DNA of 64,000 nt, from assembly GCA_950097015.1 (NCBI GenBank), contig CATNEN010000041.1, forward strand, positions 3,646,386 through 3,710,385. The letters run 5' to 3'. Below the pieces are notes generated by a model. That model did not search any database, was not told the origin of the DNA, and worked only from the letters and a program-made list of their open reading frames with translations. Source of the DNA: Macrostomum hystrix. Its lineage: Eukaryota > Animalia > Platyhelminthes. Positions 61,180 through 64,000 of this stretch are shown here, in pieces. Position numbers and translations under genes: made by a program. The stretch's first letter is position 1, and every line of letters begins with the position of its first letter.

Positions 61180-61404
61180 GGGTTAGGGTTAGGGTTAGGG
61201 TTAGGGTTAGGGTTAGGGTTAGGGTTAGGGTTAGGGTTAGGGTTAGGGTTAGGGTTAGGGTTAGGGTTAGGGTTAGGGTTAGGGTTAGGGTTAGGGTTAG
61301 GGTTAGGGTTAGGGTTAGGGTTAGGGTTAGGGTTAGGGTTAGGGTTAGGGTTAGGGTTAGGGTTAGGGTTAGGGTTAGGGTTAGGGTTAGGGTTAGGGTT
61401 AGGG

Positions 61405-61445
<41 letters not shown>

Positions 61446-64000
61446 GGTTAGGGTTAGGGTTAGGGTTAGGGTTAGGGTTAGGGTTAGGGTTAGGGTTAGG
61501 GTTAGGGTTAGGGTTAGGGTTAGGGTTAGGGTTAGGGTTAGGGTTAGGGTTAGGGTTAGGGTTAGGGTTAGGGTTAGGGTTAGGGTTAGGGTTAGGGTTA
61601 GGGTTAGGGTTAGGGTTAGGGTTAGGGTTAGGGTTAGGGTTAGGGTTAGGGTTAGGGTTAGGGTTAGGGTTAGGGTTAGGGTTAGGGTTAGGGTTAGGGT
61701 TAGGGTTAGGGTTAGGGTTAGGGTTAGGGTTAGGGTTAGGGTTAGGGTTAGGGTTAGGGTTAGGGTTAGGGTTAGGGTTAGGGTTAGGGTTAGGGTTAGG
61801 GTTAGGGTTAGGGTTAGGGTTAGGGTTAGGGTTAGGGTTAGGGTTAGGGTTAGGGTTAGGGTTAGGGTTAGGGTTAGGGTTAGGGTTAGGGTTAGGGTTA
61901 GGGTTAGGGTTAGGGTTAGGGTTAGGGTTAGGGTTAGGGTTAGGGTTAGGGTTAGGGTTAGGGTTAGGGTTAGGGTTAGGGTTAGGGTTAGGGTTAGGGT
62001 TAGGGTTAGGGTTAGGGTTAGGGTTAGGGTTAGGGTTAGGGTTAGGGTTAGGGTTAGGGTTAGGGTTAGGGTTAGGGTTAGGGTTAGGGTTAGGGTTAGG
62101 GTTAGGGTTAGGGTTAGGGTTAGGGTTAGGGTTAGGGTTAGGGTTAGGGTTAGGGTTAGGGTTAGGGTTAGGGTTAGGGTTAGGGTTAGGGTTAGGGTTA
62201 GGGTTAGGGTTAGGGTTAGGGTTAGGGTTAGGGTTAGGGTTAGGGTTAGGGTTAGGGTTAGGGTTAGGGTTAGGGTTAGGGTTAGGGTTAGGGTTAGGGT
62301 TAGGGTTAGGGTTAGGGTTAGGGTTAGGGTTAGGGTTAGGGTTAGGGTTAGGGTTAGGGTTAGGGTTAGGGTTAGGGTTAGGGTTAGGGTTAGGGTTAGG
62401 GTTAGGGTTAGGGTTAGGGTTAGGGTTAGGGTTAGGGTTAGGGTTAGGGTTAGGGTTAGGGTTAGGGTTAGGGTTAGGGTTAGGGTTAGGGTTAGGGTTA
62501 GGGTTAGGGTTAGGGTTAGGGTTAGGGTTAGGGTTAGGGTTAGGGTTAGGGTTAGGGTTAGGGTTAGGGTTAGGGTTAGGGTTAGGGTTAGGGTTAGGGT
62601 TAGGGTTAGGGTTAGGGTTAGGGTTAGGGTTAGGGTTAGGGTTAGGGTTAGGGTTAGGGTTAGGGTTAGGGTTAGGGTTAGGGTTAGGGTTAGGGTTAGG
62701 GTTAGGGTTAGGGTTAGGGTTAGGGTTAGGGTTAGGGTTAGGGTTAGGGTTAGGGTTAGGGTTAGGGTTAGGGTTAGGGTTAGGGTTAGGGTTAGGGTTA
62801 GGGTTAGGGTTAGGGTTAGGGTTAGGGTTAGGGTTAGGGTTAGGGTTAGGGTTAGGGTTAGGTTAGGGTTAGGGTTAGGGTTAGGGTTAGGGTTAGGGTT
62901 AGGGTTAGGGTTAGGGTTAGGGTTAGGGTTAGGGTTAGGGTTAGGGTTAGGGTTAGGGTTAGGGTTAGGGTTAGGGTTAGGGTTAGGGTTAGGGTTAGGG
63001 TTAGGGTTAGGGTTAGGGTTAGGGTTAGGGTTAGGGTTAGGGTTAGGGTTAGGGTTAGGGTTAGGGTTAGGGTTAGGGTTAGGGTTAGGGTTAGGGTTAG
63101 GGTTAGGGTTAGGGTTAGGGTTAGGGTTAGGGTTAGGGTTAGGGTTAGGGTTAGGGTTAGGGTTAGGGTTAGGGTTAGGGTTAGGGTTAGGGTTAGGGTT
63201 AGGGTTAGGGTTAGGGTTAGGGTTAGGGTTAGGGTTAGGGTTAGGGTTAGGGTTAGGGTTAGGGTTAGGGTTAGGGTTAGGGTTAGGGTTAGGGTTAGGG
63301 TTAGGGTTAGGGTTAGGGTTAGGGTTAGGGTTAGGGTTAGGGTTAGGGTTAGGGTTAGGGTTAGGGTTAGGGTTAGGGTTAGGGTTAGGGTTAGGGTTAG
63401 GGTTAGGGTTAGGGTTAGGGTTAGGGTTAGGGTTAGGGTTAGGGTTAGGGTTAGGGTTAGGTTAGGGTTAGGGTTAGGGTTAGGGTTAGGGTTAGGGTTA
63501 GGGTTAGGGTTAGGGTTAGGGTTAGGGTTAGGGTTAGGGTTAGGGTTAGGGTTAGGGTTAGGGTTAGGGTTAGGGTTAGGGTTAGGGTTAGGGTTAGGGT
63601 TAGGGTTAGGGTTAGGGTTAGGGTTAGGGTTAGGGTTAGGGTTAGGGTTAGGGTTAGGGTTAGGGTTAGGGTTAGGGTTAGGGTTAGGGTTAGGGTTAGG
63701 GTTAGGGTTAGGGTTAGGGTTAGGGTTAGGGTTAGGGTTAGGGTTAGGGTTAGGGTTAGGGTTAGGGTTAGGGTTAGGGTTAGGGTTAGGGTTAGGGTTA
63801 GGGTTAGGGTTAGGGTTAGGGTTAGGGTTAGGGTTAGGGTTAGGGTTAGGGTTAGGGTTAGGGTTAGGGTTAGGGTTAGGGTTAGGGTTAGGGTTAGGGT
63901 TAGGGTTAGGGTTAGGGTTAGGGTTAGGGTTAGGGTTAGGGTTAGGGTTAGGGTTAGGGTTAGGGTTAGGGTTAGGGTTAGGGTTAGGGTTAGGGTTAGG
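61180..64000 (+). repeat. Terminal telomere (TTAGGG)n, about 470 repeats, runs to the window end
   Basis: Pure TTAGGG with only three variants: TTTAGGG near 61423, TTAGG near 62858 and 63457. Confidence 0.99.

Noticed and set aside
55322-61180. PLE reverse transcriptase ORF within the terminal region
   Set aside because: No RT motifs in any ORF there; the enzyme would have to be supplied in trans.
61153-63465. 770-aa ORF (GL)n/(RV)n
   Set aside because: Translation of the telomeric repeat; frame changes coincide with repeat variants.

Overview
Eukaryotic (metazoan-type) chromosome end: about 61 kb of subtelomeric DNA followed by about 2.8 kb of (TTAGGG)n, G-strand on +. The left half is a dense nest of mostly decayed transposons: a near-intact Ngaro/DIRS-type tyrosine-recombinase retrotransposon, three Gypsy LTR elements, a Tc1, several LINE fragments, a tRNA-derived SINE and minisatellites. 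Two spliced host genes follow, an LRR+LAPSD+single-PDZ (Erbin/Densin-like) gene and an ATP11-like P4-ATPase flippase. The most striking region is the last 6 kb before the telomere. Six tandem units each begin with telomere-like repeats, and five carry minus-strand minimal type I hammerhead ribozyme motifs of the Penelope-like-element (PLE) type (three intact, one core-mutated, one half). These run into a tightly packed, co-oriented Polinton/Maverick module (integrase-chromodomain, pVII-like core, major capsid, adenain protease) whose first ATG lies 26 bp from the terminal telomere. This resembles an Athena/Terminon-type telomeric retroelement carrying viral cargo, or a Polinton truncated and healed by telomerase next to such units. 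All family calls come from motif recognition by eye; no database searches were run and coordinates of decayed elements are approximate.
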